A stretch of DNA of 59,587 nucleotides. Source: an uncultured Bacilli bacterium (GTDB lineage Bacteria > Bacillota_I > Bacilli_A > RF39 > UBA660). The notes under the pieces are model-generated. The model ran no database searches and was not told the DNA's origin. It was given only the letters and a program-made list of their open reading frames with translations. A program made the translations under genes and the position numbers. The stretch covers positions 1 to 59,587 of the forward strand of contig CAKOKM010000001.1 of assembly GCA_934091015.1 (NCBI GenBank). Direction: 5' to 3'. Numbering within the stretch: the first letter of the stretch is position 1; each line of letters opens with the position of its first letter. Positions 8,126 through 17,943 of the stretch are shown one piece after another.

Positions 8126-8665
8126 ATGAAAAAAGTTGATTTTGACAGGTACAAAGACGCTTGCTATTACATGACACCTGACGAATTAAAAAAATATGTT
8201 GATAATACTATTTCAATATGGGGAGATATCAACAAACAGAATATAAAACAAATTGAAGCAGTATTTGAAAATGATGTTTATGTGCTGCTTAATGATGGAA
8301 AACTTTATGAAAATGGTAAGCAAATCCTAGATGGTATTGCTGAATTATGGTGCATGAATATTCATTACTTATTTGTTATTACTAAAGAAAACTATGTATA
8401 TTCAATCCAAGATAACATATTCAATAATTATATTGGTAATACTAAATATAAGAAGATAGTTAAATCAGGATTAGATTTGTTAGCATTAACTTATGATAAG
8501 AATGTTAAATCGCTGACATCATATCCGGAGTTTATAGGAATAGAACCTGAAAACTTTATTGATGTAGATGATATATCAATTACTGGTGAACTTGGTACAC
8601 CATATGTTATTAAAAATGGTAAAAAGATTCCATTGTATATCAGTGAGTATAATGAGGAAGAATAA
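8126..8665 (+). CDS. Hypothetical protein
   Basis: ORF 8093-8665. The AAAGGAGA RBS favours ATG 8126. No recognisable catalytic motif. Confidence 0.55.
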   Translation: MKKVDFDRYKDACYYMTPDELKKYVDNTISIWGDINKQNIKQIEAVFENDVYVLLNDGKLYENGKQILDGIAELWCMNIHYLFVITKENYVYSIQDNIFNNYIGNTKYKKIVKSGLDLLALTYDKNVKSLTSYPEFIGIEPENFIDVDDISITGELGTPYVIKNGKKIPLYISEYNEEE

Positions 8666-8686
8666 TTCTTCCTTTTATTTTGCTCT

Positions 8687-8707
8687 AATTCTGAATCAGG
8701 TGCTACA
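8687..8707 (+). promoter_or_regulatory. Recurrent leader motif copy E (TAATTCTGAATCAGGTGCTAC), degenerate
   Basis: Follows a terminator hairpin (8655-8679) and precedes the serine recombinase gene. Confidence 0.3.
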
Positions 8708-8865
8708 GTTGGTGCTGATAAGTTAAAATTATAGTGTGTGGGAAAACAATTGTTTTTATGTACACAAATAAATACTATTATTTTAGTATTAAAACATTGA
8801 TTTTTTTGGTAAAAATGTGTACAAAAATAGAAGAAGGTTTTCTAATACATTGGGAGGAATTAAAA

Positions 8866-9468
8866 ATGAAATATCTTTATATGAGAGCAAGTACAAACGA
8901 AACAAAACAATCATTACAAAGACAAGAAAAATTTGGTCGGGATAATGCCATTCCAGAAAGTAATTGGTTTAGAGAATATGCCTCTGGTGCAAAGGATAAT
9001 AGAATTGAATTAAATAAGTTATTATCTATAGTTGGTGAATCAGATGAAATATATTGTGTAGATCCTAGTCGTCTAACTAGAAGTTTAAAATATTTACTTG
9101 AATTAGTTGAATTTGCAAAAGAAAAGAAAATAAAATTAGTACTAGGTGACTTTATACTTGATTGTTCTGGTGAAATATCAGTATTCACTCAAGGGCAACT
9201 AATGATGTTGGGATTAATAAATGAAATGCAAAGACTAATGATAGTAGAAGCTGTAAGAGAGGGACTTGCATCAAGTAAAGAAAGAGGAATTATAGGTGGT
9301 AGACCAAGAACAACCATTGATAATATACCAGAAAGTTTTTATAAATATTATGCAATGTATAAAAATAATCAAATAACTAAGGTTGAATTTAGCAAGATAT
9401 CTGGATTGTCTAGAAGTTCAATATACAAATATATAAATATTATAGAAAATAAAAAAGATGAAATTTGA
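8866..9468 (+). CDS. Small serine recombinase (resolvase/invertase family)
   Basis: N-terminus MKYLYMRASTNETKQSLQRQ (YxRxST..Q..Q catalytic-serine motif), SGAKDNR, DPSRLTRS, and a C-terminal HTH (ISGLSRSSIYKYI). GGGAGG RBS before ATG 8866; the ORF-track start 8734 is unlikely. Confidence 0.8.
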   Translation: MKYLYMRASTNETKQSLQRQEKFGRDNAIPESNWFREYASGAKDNRIELNKLLSIVGESDEIYCVDPSRLTRSLKYLLELVEFAKEKKIKLVLGDFILDCSGEISVFTQGQLMMLGLINEMQRLMIVEAVREGLASSKERGIIGGRPRTTIDNIPESFYKYYAMYKNNQITKVEFSKISGLSRSSIYKYINIIENKKDEI

Positions 9469-9530
9469 ATCATCTTTTTTTGTAAAAAAACAAACTCAAT
9501 CAACGCTAATTATTATTATAGTGGATTAAA

Positions 9531-9890
9531 TTATTTACTCTTATCTGCTAGTTCTTCAATAAGTTTTAATACTGTGTTCTTATCGCTTTCTGATAAGGTA
9601 TAATACTTTTCTAGTTCATTAGAACGACCACACAAGTAATCAATACTACAATTTAAAACTTCAGCTAATCTATAAGCAACTGGCAAAGATGGAATTCTGA
9701 TTGGAATATTTGTATCTTTACCGTGTTTATCCTTTTTAGTTTGCTCCATTCCTTGTATGGTTGAGTTTGTAACTCCGACAAGTTGTCCTAGTTTAACTTG
9801 TGAGTATCCTTTCTTTTCTCTTAATTTTTTAACATTTGATAGGTCAATTTTTTCTTTATTTAACTCAAAATCATCTTTGAATAGCCTCAT
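9531..9890 (-). CDS. XRE-family repressor-like HTH protein
   Basis: 119 aa. LREKKGYSQVKLGQLVGVTNSTIQGME HTH_3 pattern. Divergent from the cargo operon, as expected for a CI-like regulator. Confidence 0.75.
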   Translation of the reverse strand: MRLFKDDFELNKEKIDLSNVKKLREKKGYSQVKLGQLVGVTNSTIQGMEQTKKDKHGKDTNIPIRIPSLPVAYRLAEVLNCSIDYLCGRSNELEKYYTLSESDKNTVLKLIEELADKSK

Positions 9891-9933
9891 TATATCACCT
9901 AATAATATTTTAGGTTAAAAAAGTTCAATTAAA

Positions 9934-9985
9934 TCTTACACGGTGTATGACAAATGTTTGAAAATATGATATAATGATCTTACAC
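9934..9985 (+). promoter_or_regulatory. Promoter flanked by two TCTTACAC operator-like repeats
   Basis: ATGACA (9947-9952), 17 nt, TATAAT (9970-9975). TCTTACAC at 9934-9941 and 9978-9985. The first is part of the palindrome ACAC-G-GTGT. Confidence 0.55.
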
Positions 9986-10003
9986 ATAGTAGGAGGTAAT
10001 TAT

Positions 10004-10642
10004 ATGAATAAAGATTCAATAAATGAAAGATTGATAAATGAAATCATTCCACAAATTAAAAAAGTAAAAGATTTAAAAGGAGAATATAGGGACAATAACC
10101 AGAAATTTGGTTCTAAAATGCTTGGTAATATTATAGCAAATACTATAAGGGATTATATTCAAAACATAATTAATTATTATAATTTAGATTATTCAGTTTC
10201 TTTAAATAATGCTTTTATAGATGGTTGTCCTATTGAATGGGATTTAATAATATTTGATAAGGCATTATTACCTAAAAACAACATAATTGACCCAACTAAA
10301 GTGAAAGCAGTTATTGAGTTTAAAACTAGTGGTACTATTGATGTATTATACAATAAGAGATCTAAAGAAGAATTTTTAGAGCAAACATTTGGGAAAGCAT
10401 TTGAAACTGTTAAAAAAATGGAACAAGAAGTACACCACAAGATTAATTTTGGATATATTACATTTTCAACAGACATTGATTGGTTTAAGGCAACAAAAGA
10501 TTATTTTGATAAACACAACGGAAAGGAAAATACAGCATTTGCGTTTCTTGATGATAGAGAACTAGAAAAAGGTCATATTGTTGCAGTAGAAGGATGTGCT
10601 GAATTTGAAAAGTATTTATTTAACTTGTTGGGTGATATGTAA
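10004..10642 (+). CDS. Hypothetical protein with a PD-(D/E)XK-like signature
   Basis: AGGAGG RBS before ATG 10004. EWDLIIFD followed about 30 aa later by VIEFKTSG fits a D...ExK nuclease core. Unverified. Confidence 0.4.
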   Translation: MNKDSINERLINEIIPQIKKVKDLKGEYRDNNQKFGSKMLGNIIANTIRDYIQNIINYYNLDYSVSLNNAFIDGCPIEWDLIIFDKALLPKNNIIDPTKVKAVIEFKTSGTIDVLYNKRSKEEFLEQTFGKAFETVKKMEQEVHHKINFGYITFSTDIDWFKATKDYFDKHNGKENTAFAFLDDRELEKGHIVAVEGCAEFEKYLFNLLGDM

Positions 10643-11586
10643 TGAAAAAGTTATTATGTGTAGCAATTGCTTTTGCTACGCTACTAATGGTTAATGGCTG
10701 TAAAAGTAAAAATAATAATGATGTATTTGAAATGTTAAATAAGGAGCAGAATACAAAAAAAGGCCAAGTAATTTTATCTGGTAAAAGTGCTTCTTATTCA
10801 AAAACCAGCGATGTCAAATGTGATGAATTAAAAAATGCTATTGTTGCCTATAATAATTATTTTATTACGGCTGATGAAACAAGCATGAAAACTAATAAAA
10901 TATATAAGTATAATTTTCAGTTATTATTTGAAAATGATAAGAATTGTATATTAGTGCATTCTGAAGACAATAAAGATTTTAAAAGTTTACTTGGATTTGG
11001 AAATAATTCGGCTTCAAATGAAACCATAATTGCCATGACATCACAAATGTCGGATAAACCAGTACGTTACTATGGTGGTGATCCGCAATTGCCAATTTAT
11101 TATTCTGTTAATCTTGGTGAGCCATTACTTTCTACTGCATTCATTTCATATTATACAATTGATTCATTTTCAAATTATAGGTTAAACAAATCTGATGAGT
11201 TAGTACAAAATCCTAGCGTAATTTATCAATTAGTAAATGATAGGGGAATTATTAGTAATAATAAAATATATAAAGTTGACCTAGTAAAGAGTTATCTTTT
11301 TATTTATGATGCAAAATTAACCAATGAAATAATTTTTGAACCTTTAGAAGATGAAGAGACAATATTGAAAGTTTTTGAATATGCAATTATTACTGATAAA
11401 AGAGTTTATGTTTATGGGATGAGTAACGATAATTGCTTACATTATGTAGATGGAAAGTGTGAATATGGATATGTGGTTAATGAAGATTTATCAAATAGAA
11501 TTGATGATATTGTATTTGTTAACAGTAATGAAATAGTTTTTAAAGATGGAAGTGCATACTTATATAATGCTTGGGGCGAAGAATGA
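10642..11586 (+). CDS. Putative lipoprotein
   Basis: The signal peptide MKKLLCVAIAFATLLMVNGC ends in a lipobox Cys. 314 aa. Confidence 0.65.
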   Translation: MKKLLCVAIAFATLLMVNGCKSKNNNDVFEMLNKEQNTKKGQVILSGKSASYSKTSDVKCDELKNAIVAYNNYFITADETSMKTNKIYKYNFQLLFENDKNCILVHSEDNKDFKSLLGFGNNSASNETIIAMTSQMSDKPVRYYGGDPQLPIYYSVNLGEPLLSTAFISYYTIDSFSNYRLNKSDELVQNPSVIYQLVNDRGIISNNKIYKVDLVKSYLFIYDAKLTNEIIFEPLEDEETILKVFEYAIITDKRVYVYGMSNDNCLHYVDGKCEYGYVVNEDLSNRIDDIVFVNSNEIVFKDGSAYLYNAWGEE

Positions 11587-12689
11587 AAAAAATATATATT
11601 ATAATTGGAATTGCAATTTTATTTATAGGCCTTAGTGCTATTACATCAAAACATGAAGTAAGTATTAATAAAAGGTTAGAAGATTTGGGATTTGTATTAT
11701 ATGATGAAATTATATATGTAAAGCACGAAAAGAACTCAACAACAGAGATAGATTTAAAGAATAATATATGTGTAAGTAATAAATCAAATTATAAGAGTGA
11801 ATTAGAAATAGATAATGAAATAGTTATATATTATAACTTTATTAATAAAAGGGTATATGCTATCAATACTGTTTATTCATATGGTGAATATGAACGGTTT
11901 TTTTCGATAAACTATTATGATGAAAAAAGTGATAATTTAGTTATGAATAATCAAATGCAGGAATTTGTTTATAAATGTAAAGATTATATCGGAGATTATC
12001 AACCAGAAGAAGCTAAAATTATTAATCAAAATAAAATTGAATTTAATGATTTTAAAAATGAAAAGTTAATCGAATTTGTAAATTATTCGGAAATAGAAAG
12101 GAAAATAACATCTTTCTCTTTTGACTTATCAAATACTAATAAACTATATATGCTTGCTGAAACTAATAAAATATTTAGTGTGGACATTAATGATAACTCA
12201 TATACAAGTAAGATATTATTTGGTCAAGAAGTAAAATATATTAACAACAACAACCTTATTTATGATAATTACTATGTACCGATTAATTCTGAATCAAATG
12301 TTTATAATTATGATTGCTTAAATTGTGATAACAATTCATCGCTTATGTTTGACAATAAAAGTGAATATACCTCAAATTGTACTAACTTAGATGAGTTAGA
12401 GTATCATTATATTAATGATGAATATTTTGAAATATTGTTTAATGATTTAACTTTAATAGTAGATTCTGAAAATGGTTCATTCGTTAAATTATCATTATTA
12501 GAGAATGAGAAAATTCTTAGTATAAACAATAGTATAATCAAGACAAATTATGCTTTCTATGACATTAATGGAAATAAATTGGAAGATGTATCAATGATTT
12601 ATGACAATATTTTAGATATTGCCTCATATAAAAATAATTTATATTTATTAGGCAGAGATAACATTATATATAAATATGTAAGTATTTAG
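11583..12689 (+). CDS. Membrane-anchored hypothetical protein
   Basis: ATGA start/stop overlap with the lipoprotein gene. N-terminal TM helix KKIYIIIGIAILFIGLSAI. Asn-rich extracytoplasmic part. Confidence 0.6.
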   Translation: MKKIYIIIGIAILFIGLSAITSKHEVSINKRLEDLGFVLYDEIIYVKHEKNSTTEIDLKNNICVSNKSNYKSELEIDNEIVIYYNFINKRVYAINTVYSYGEYERFFSINYYDEKSDNLVMNNQMQEFVYKCKDYIGDYQPEEAKIINQNKIEFNDFKNEKLIEFVNYSEIERKITSFSFDLSNTNKLYMLAETNKIFSVDINDNSYTSKILFGQEVKYINNNNLIYDNYYVPINSESNVYNYDCLNCDNNSSLMFDNKSEYTSNCTNLDELEYHYINDEYFEILFNDLTLIVDSENGSFVKLSLLENEKILSINNSIIKTNYAFYDINGNKLEDVSMIYDNILDIASYKNNLYLLGRDNIIYKYVSI

Positions 12690-12696
12690 AAGGTAT

Positions 12697-12726
12697 AAAA
12701 CCGATAGATTAAGTTCTATCGGTTTT
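12697..12726. terminator. Bidirectional hairpin terminator between convergent genes
   Basis: AAAACCGATAG / CTATCGGTTTT stem flanked by A-run and T-run. Confidence 0.65.
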
Positions 12727-13794
12727 GTTTATTTCGGCATCCAAACTTTGCTTAAGAATTTTAAGATGTGTTTTACTTTCTTTATCTTTAGGTTTAAGGT
12801 TATTAACTTCGTTGATTAAATCGTTATTCTTACTTCTATGGATATTTTTCTTTAGATAATCATATATTTCTCGCTTTGTTCTTTCATAATTCATGACACT
12901 TTTATGCCTATTTACCTTTTGGCATTCATCGCAAAGAAGTTTATTGAAAGTTGGTTTGTAGTCAATTGAAACTTTAACCTCTTTGCTTAAAGTAGCCAAA
13001 CATCTATGACATTTCGTATATGCTATCCATGTATGCACTTCTCCATTATCATACTCATAATAAGTGATAGATGAAGCAATATTATTAATTAAAGTTTCAT
13101 AAGCAAAAGTAAACAAATTCGTTACATACCTTATTGGAATAATATTCTCATCATCCCAGTTTCTAGTTACATCTGTTTTGTATCTACCAAGACTAGCACG
13201 ACCAATGATATTATCTAAAAATGAAACTATTTTAATAAGAATATCCTCTTTAACATCATCACTATCAATTTCAAGAGATTTATATAATGTTTCATTTTCT
13301 TCATAGTGCTCACAAATATCAGAATATGCGAAATTTATTATATAAATCATAATAGCATTATTAACCAGTTCATGAACGGATATACTGTTTTCCAAGTTCT
13401 CACTATTATTTCTTTCTAAAGAGTAGATTGGAATATTATATTGTGATACAAAGTCTAAGCATAGAGGTATAACTTTCTCTATGTTTTTATTTATGTCTTT
13501 ATTACTAACAAAATCACATGTTAATTCCACACATCCTCCATTCTTAAAAACTGGCTTTAAGTTATCTTTAAACAACTTATATAATTCTTTCCCTAGCATT
13601 AATACATCTTTAAAAAAATCATATTGTTCCACTTCACCATAAGATAGATTTTTTGTATCATACTTTTCATTTTTTATATAGCAGAATTCCCCATCATAAT
13701 ATGTAGTAAAAGTCCAATTATCATAAAACTTACCAAAACAGACTTTGCAATTCTCACTAACATGGTTTTCATTGTAAATGATTTTATATTTCAT
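12709..13794 (-). CDS. Hypothetical Cys-rich protein
   Basis: 361 aa. CxxC pairs near both ends (CKVC; CHRC...CDEC) suggest Zn binding. No other motif recognised. Confidence 0.55.
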   Translation of the reverse strand: MKYKIIYNENHVSENCKVCFGKFYDNWTFTTYYDGEFCYIKNEKYDTKNLSYGEVEQYDFFKDVLMLGKELYKLFKDNLKPVFKNGGCVELTCDFVSNKDINKNIEKVIPLCLDFVSQYNIPIYSLERNNSENLENSISVHELVNNAIMIYIINFAYSDICEHYEENETLYKSLEIDSDDVKEDILIKIVSFLDNIIGRASLGRYKTDVTRNWDDENIIPIRYVTNLFTFAYETLINNIASSITYYEYDNGEVHTWIAYTKCHRCLATLSKEVKVSIDYKPTFNKLLCDECQKVNRHKSVMNYERTKREIYDYLKKNIHRSKNNDLINEVNNLKPKDKESKTHLKILKQSLDAEINKTDRT

Positions 13795-13979
13795 ATATAT
13801 GCTCCTCTGATTTTCCTCTGATATTTCCTTTTTTGTAGTATAACATAAAATGGACTATAATGGAACCACAAAAGCAAAAACGCGCCTTAATGAATTCAAC
13901 TTTGTTTTTGAAAAGAAAGTAAAGGTGATAAATATGAAAATGTAAATGTTAAATAAATGGTTTATAGAAAGGAGAGCAA

Positions 13980-15050
13980 ATGAGCAAGTCAAAGGAATTA
14001 CAAAGACTTATATCAGAATTAGAAAATGATAATAAGGAAAAGCATAAAATTCTTCCTACTGATATCAAGAGTTTGGATTTTATTCTTGGTGGAGGTATTG
14101 AGTTAGGAAGCAAAGTTCAATTTGTTGCAGAGTCATCTTGTGGTAAAAGCACTATTGCTCTACAAATTAGCAAAAATCTATGTAAAAAGAATTATAATGT
14201 CTTGTATGTTGACACTGAAAATTCCATAACAAAGGTTATGCTAAATGCAGTAGGAGTTGCAGAGTATTACAACAACGAAAGTGATTCTTCTGGAGAATTT
14301 GTATTGTTAAAAGAAAGTGATTTTAATACGGTAAGTGATAAACTAGATATATGTCTAAAATCTAAATACTTTCATTTAATAATCATTGATTCACTGGCTT
14401 CACTTGTTAGCAATTGTTATACTGATATTTATTCTGTTAAGGATGTTAAATCTTTAACCAATAATAATACTAACTTTGAAAGTAGACCGCTGAATTTATT
14501 CATCAATAAATATTCAAATTTAGCAAATAAATATAATGTTGCTATATTGTATATTAATCAGTTCAGAAATAAGGTTGATCCTAAAAACGGGACAATTCTT
14601 AAGGAATTTGGAAACAAAATTGTCAAATATAATAGTGACATCATAGTTCGTATTAAAAAAGATAAAGATTATATCTATCAAGATGATAATGATATCTATA
14701 TTACTGATGCTAAAGTAGTCGGTGGAAAACCTCAAACCCATGCAAAACTAATATTATCATTAGAAAAAAGTAATAAAATGCTGAGTGAAACTTCAACAAA
14801 TACCTATCTTAAATATGGTTACGGTATAGACGAAATATTAGACGATACTTCTGATAAGGTTAGAAACGGTACGATAAAGAAAAATGGTAAGTATTATTAT
14901 TTACAAGATAGTAATGAAAAATACGATGGCTTTATAAGCTTAGTAAACAATATTACACTAACAAATAAAAAGACGAAGTTGTCTAACGAAGATACTGTAA
15001 GTCTTGAAGATGGTCTATTAAATATTGATTTTATTACTCCAAATAGTTAA
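13980..15050 (+). CDS. RecA/RadA-like ATPase
   Basis: LDFILGGGIELGSKVQFVAESSCGKST (Walker A), HLIIIDSLASL (Walker B) and ILYINQFR. RecA-fold core with a ~120-aa C-terminal extension. Confidence 0.65.
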   Translation: MSKSKELQRLISELENDNKEKHKILPTDIKSLDFILGGGIELGSKVQFVAESSCGKSTIALQISKNLCKKNYNVLYVDTENSITKVMLNAVGVAEYYNNESDSSGEFVLLKESDFNTVSDKLDICLKSKYFHLIIIDSLASLVSNCYTDIYSVKDVKSLTNNNTNFESRPLNLFINKYSNLANKYNVAILYINQFRNKVDPKNGTILKEFGNKIVKYNSDIIVRIKKDKDYIYQDDNDIYITDAKVVGGKPQTHAKLILSLEKSNKMLSETSTNTYLKYGYGIDEILDDTSDKVRNGTIKKNGKYYYLQDSNEKYDGFISLVNNITLTNKKTKLSNEDTVSLEDGLLNIDFITPNS

Positions 15051-15191
15051 AGAACTGGATAAGATATTCTTATCGTGTAGTCCAAGCTGCACTTACAGCC
15101 ATAAAACTTGGAAGAAGACTAATAGAAAAAATGATAGTTACTAACTTAATAAAAAATACTAAATTAAAATAAAGTTAGTGAGAGAGCAATT

Positions 15192-15231
15192 CTCAACCGG
15201 TTAAGTAGTTAATAATGTCTAACCGGTTGAG
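15192..15231. promoter_or_regulatory. Perfect 12-bp inverted repeat CTCAACCGGTTA-N16-TAACCGGTTGAG
   Basis: Lies 10 nt upstream of the AGGAGG RBS of ORF 15250. Candidate operator, recombination site or 5' UTR hairpin. Confidence 0.5.
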
Positions 15232-15249
15232 GATATATTAGGAGGAAAA

Positions 15250-15759
15250 ATGATGTACGGATATTTTTATGTTAAAACATATAAAAATCCATATATTGAG
15301 CATATGAATATATACAACATTATAAAACGTACTAAAGCATATTTAAACGAAAATTACGATTTTGATTGGATACTTTATGACTACGTTAAGAAACCATCAA
15401 AACTTAATTTTGATAGTTTTATAGATATGTTGTTGTGGTATATCAATGCTAATGATACTTTAGTTGTTCTGAGTTTATTTCAACTTGGAAATACTAAAGT
15501 TCAAATATATAAAACACTTGAAATAATGAGAACCAAACAAGTTAGGTTAATTGTTAAAAAGTGGGAGGTAGATATTTCCAGTACTATGAAAAAAGTAATG
15601 GAATTATCAGAAGATGATATTGCTATATATGAAAATTTACAATTATATAGGAATCATTGTTCAGACTATACAGTTGAAGATAATTTGTATAGAAAATTAT
15701 CAGGTTACAAATTAAATGAAAAATATGTTAGTAATGAAACTATACGTAGAAAAGTCTAG
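15250..15759 (+). CDS. Resolvase-N-domain-like protein lacking the catalytic serine
   Basis: 169 aa. YGYFYVKT replaces the YxRVST motif. DTLVVLSLFQLGNT...QVRLIV parallels the DxLvVxxLDRLGR...gvxl block of serine recombinases but without the Arg residues. Confidence 0.35.
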   Translation: MMYGYFYVKTYKNPYIEHMNIYNIIKRTKAYLNENYDFDWILYDYVKKPSKLNFDSFIDMLLWYINANDTLVVLSLFQLGNTKVQIYKTLEIMRTKQVRLIVKKWEVDISSTMKKVMELSEDDIAIYENLQLYRNHCSDYTVEDNLYRKLSGYKLNEKYVSNETIRRKV

Positions 15760-15790
15760 TTGCAACTAATTAAAAAAATAGGAGGATATT

Positions 15791-16390
15791 ATGAAGAAAA
15801 TAGAAAATACAAATGAAGATAAAGAGAACATTAGGGTACTTAATTTGCAAGTTGAACATTTAAAAAAGCAAATGTTTTCTTACAAAATAAGTGAACTTAA
15901 ACAACTTAATCAAGAAATAAGAAATTTAATTCTTGATTGTACATATCTTACAATGAGATATGATATTGTTATGAACTTAACAGAATCGGAACTTTATTCT
16001 AGTATTAATGGTTCATCAATTGAAGAATTTGTTGGTAACAGTATATGTGTTATAAATAGGTTTAGAAATGTGATTTCTACTAACTTGTGTTCATTTACTG
16101 TTACTGATGTATATGATAATAAACAATATGTAGAAATGATGCAAGAGTGTCTTGAAAACTTGATGGTACTACTTCACCAGAAGAAATTGTTAAAGTTCAA
16201 TATGGATGATTGGATAGATGCAGGTCATCCGCTAGGTGAAGCAGAAATTGCTATTGAAGAGTTTTCTGTTGCATTAGATTATACAAGAGATATTGTAATT
16301 AGTATTTCAGAGTCTTATTGGAACAGGTTTCAATGGTGCCGTGCACTAGTTGAAAGTATAAATAAAGAAGAACACTTTGGTACTATTTAA
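15791..16390 (+). CDS. Hypothetical protein
   Basis: 199-aa ORF with a GGAGG RBS. Predicted helical. No motif recognised. Confidence 0.55.
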   Translation: MKKIENTNEDKENIRVLNLQVEHLKKQMFSYKISELKQLNQEIRNLILDCTYLTMRYDIVMNLTESELYSSINGSSIEEFVGNSICVINRFRNVISTNLCSFTVTDVYDNKQYVEMMQECLENLMVLLHQKKLLKFNMDDWIDAGHPLGEAEIAIEEFSVALDYTRDIVISISESYWNRFQWCRALVESINKEEHFGTI

Positions 16391-16480
16391 ATTAATAATA
16401 TACAAATTAAAGTTATTTAGATAAAACGTAAAATCAGGTTCAGTATTATCAATAACATTGAAAAGTTATAATATATATAT

Positions 16481-16508
16481 GAGTATTTGTATTCCGGTAC
16501 AAATACTC
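16481..16508 (+). promoter_or_regulatory. 11-bp perfect hairpin/IR upstream of xis-int
   Basis: GAGTATTTGTA-TTCCGG-TACAAATACTC, just downstream of a TATAAT box (16467-16472) and 55 nt before the Xis-like start. Confidence 0.45.
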
Positions 16509-16563
16509 TCCACTATCGTGGAGCTTCAGTGGATTTACATCTTGTATATGAGGAGATGAAAAA

Positions 16564-16809
16564 ATGAGTTACAAAACACTAAGTGAAGTTATTTCAAAAC
16601 CTTGGGTTGATACAGATGACATAATGAAAGTTGCTTGTTGTGGTAAAAATTCTGCAATTAAAATAAGGCTAGAAATAGAAAATCAAATATTACAAAGTGG
16701 AAAGAAACTTCCTTTATCTAGCAGAAAGTTTGTACCAACAAAACTTTTATTAGAGTATTTAGGTATGGATGTGGATTATATTTGTAAAATGGCAGAAAAA
16801 TTAGGATAG
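16564..16809 (+). CDS. Excisionase-like small DNA-binding protein (DUF3173-type)
   Basis: 81 aa, immediately upstream of the integrase. The pattern DIMKVA..GKNSAIKIR..IENQILQSGKKLP...FVPTKLLLEYLG resembles the small proteins that precede integrases on streptococcal IMEs and ICEs. Confidence 0.5.
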   Translation: MSYKTLSEVISKPWVDTDDIMKVACCGKNSAIKIRLEIENQILQSGKKLPLSSRKFVPTKLLLEYLGMDVDYICKMAEKLG

Positions 16810-16821
16810 GAAGTGTATCTT

Positions 16822-17943
16822 ATGGCGGTAAGACAAGTTAAAGAAAATGAACGAACTAAAGATGGTCGCTCATGGATATTTGAAGATAGATATAAAGATA
16901 TCAAAGGAATTGTTAAAATGCACAAGTCTAAAAAGTTTTTAACAAAGAAAGAAGCTTTAAAGGCTGAAAGAGAGTTTTTAAATGAACTTGAAAACATAAA
17001 CAATAACATTCATTCAGATGATATAACTTTTAAAGAATTATGTGATTTGCATTTTGAATATCAAAAAGACAAAGTTAAAGTTACAACATTAAAAAATTAT
17101 GTTAAAAGAAGACAACATTTAGAAGTATTTGATAACATAAAGTTAAATGAACTTAATATAAGACATTTTGAGAATTGGAAAAAGGAAATGAATAATCTGG
17201 ATTTAGCTACTAGAACTAAAAATGACCTTTATAAGTATTTAAGAAGCGTTTTGCATTATGGTAGTAAATGGTATAACTATAACTTTAACGATATATTAAA
17301 CAAAATGACTAATTTCAATAATCCTAACGAATTGGAAAAGGAAATGTTATTTTGGGAAAAAGAAGAATTTGATAAGTTTTTAAGTGTAGAAACTGATATC
17401 AAATTTAGAGCATTATTTGAAACCCTTTATTATTGTGGTCTTAGATCTGGAGAAGTTAGAGGTTTAACTTGGACTGATATTGATTTCAAAAATAAAAAAC
17501 TTACTGTTAATAAGAATGTGGTTATTAACTTTGAAGGAAATAAATATTTAATAACTACACCAAAAACTAAAAGTAGTTATAGAACAATACCTATTCCTAA
17601 CGTTCTTTTAGAGGATTTAAAGATTTTGAGAAAGTATCAAGATAACTATTATGAGTTTAATAATGACTGGTTTGTATTTGGTTCTTTTGAACCTTTAGGA
17701 AAGGCGGTTATGCGAGAACGAAAGAATAAGAATTGTAAGTTAGCGGGTGTTAAACAAATTAGAATACACGATTTTAGGCATAGTTGTGCATCATTACTCA
17801 TTAATAATGGTGCTAATATAACTATGGTTGCCAAATATCTAGGTCATACTAAAATAGATGAGACTTTAAATACTTATTCTCATATGTTTAAAAGCAAACT
17901 AGAAAATATTGTTGATACGATAAACAAACTTAATGAGCAGTAA
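16822..17943 (+). CDS. int: Tyrosine site-specific integrase
   Basis: C-terminal catalytic motifs GLRSGEVRGL (Arg I), HDFRHSCASLLI (H-x-x-R) and LGHTKIDETLNTYSH (catalytic Tyr). N-terminal arm-binding-type domain. Confidence 0.9.
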   Translation: MAVRQVKENERTKDGRSWIFEDRYKDIKGIVKMHKSKKFLTKKEALKAEREFLNELENINNNIHSDDITFKELCDLHFEYQKDKVKVTTLKNYVKRRQHLEVFDNIKLNELNIRHFENWKKEMNNLDLATRTKNDLYKYLRSVLHYGSKWYNYNFNDILNKMTNFNNPNELEKEMLFWEKEEFDKFLSVETDIKFRALFETLYYCGLRSGEVRGLTWTDIDFKNKKLTVNKNVVINFEGNKYLITTPKTKSSYRTIPIPNVLLEDLKILRKYQDNYYEFNNDWFVFGSFEPLGKAVMRERKNKNCKLAGVKQIRIHDFRHSCASLLINNGANITMVAKYLGHTKIDETLNTYSHMFKSKLENIVDTINKLNEQ

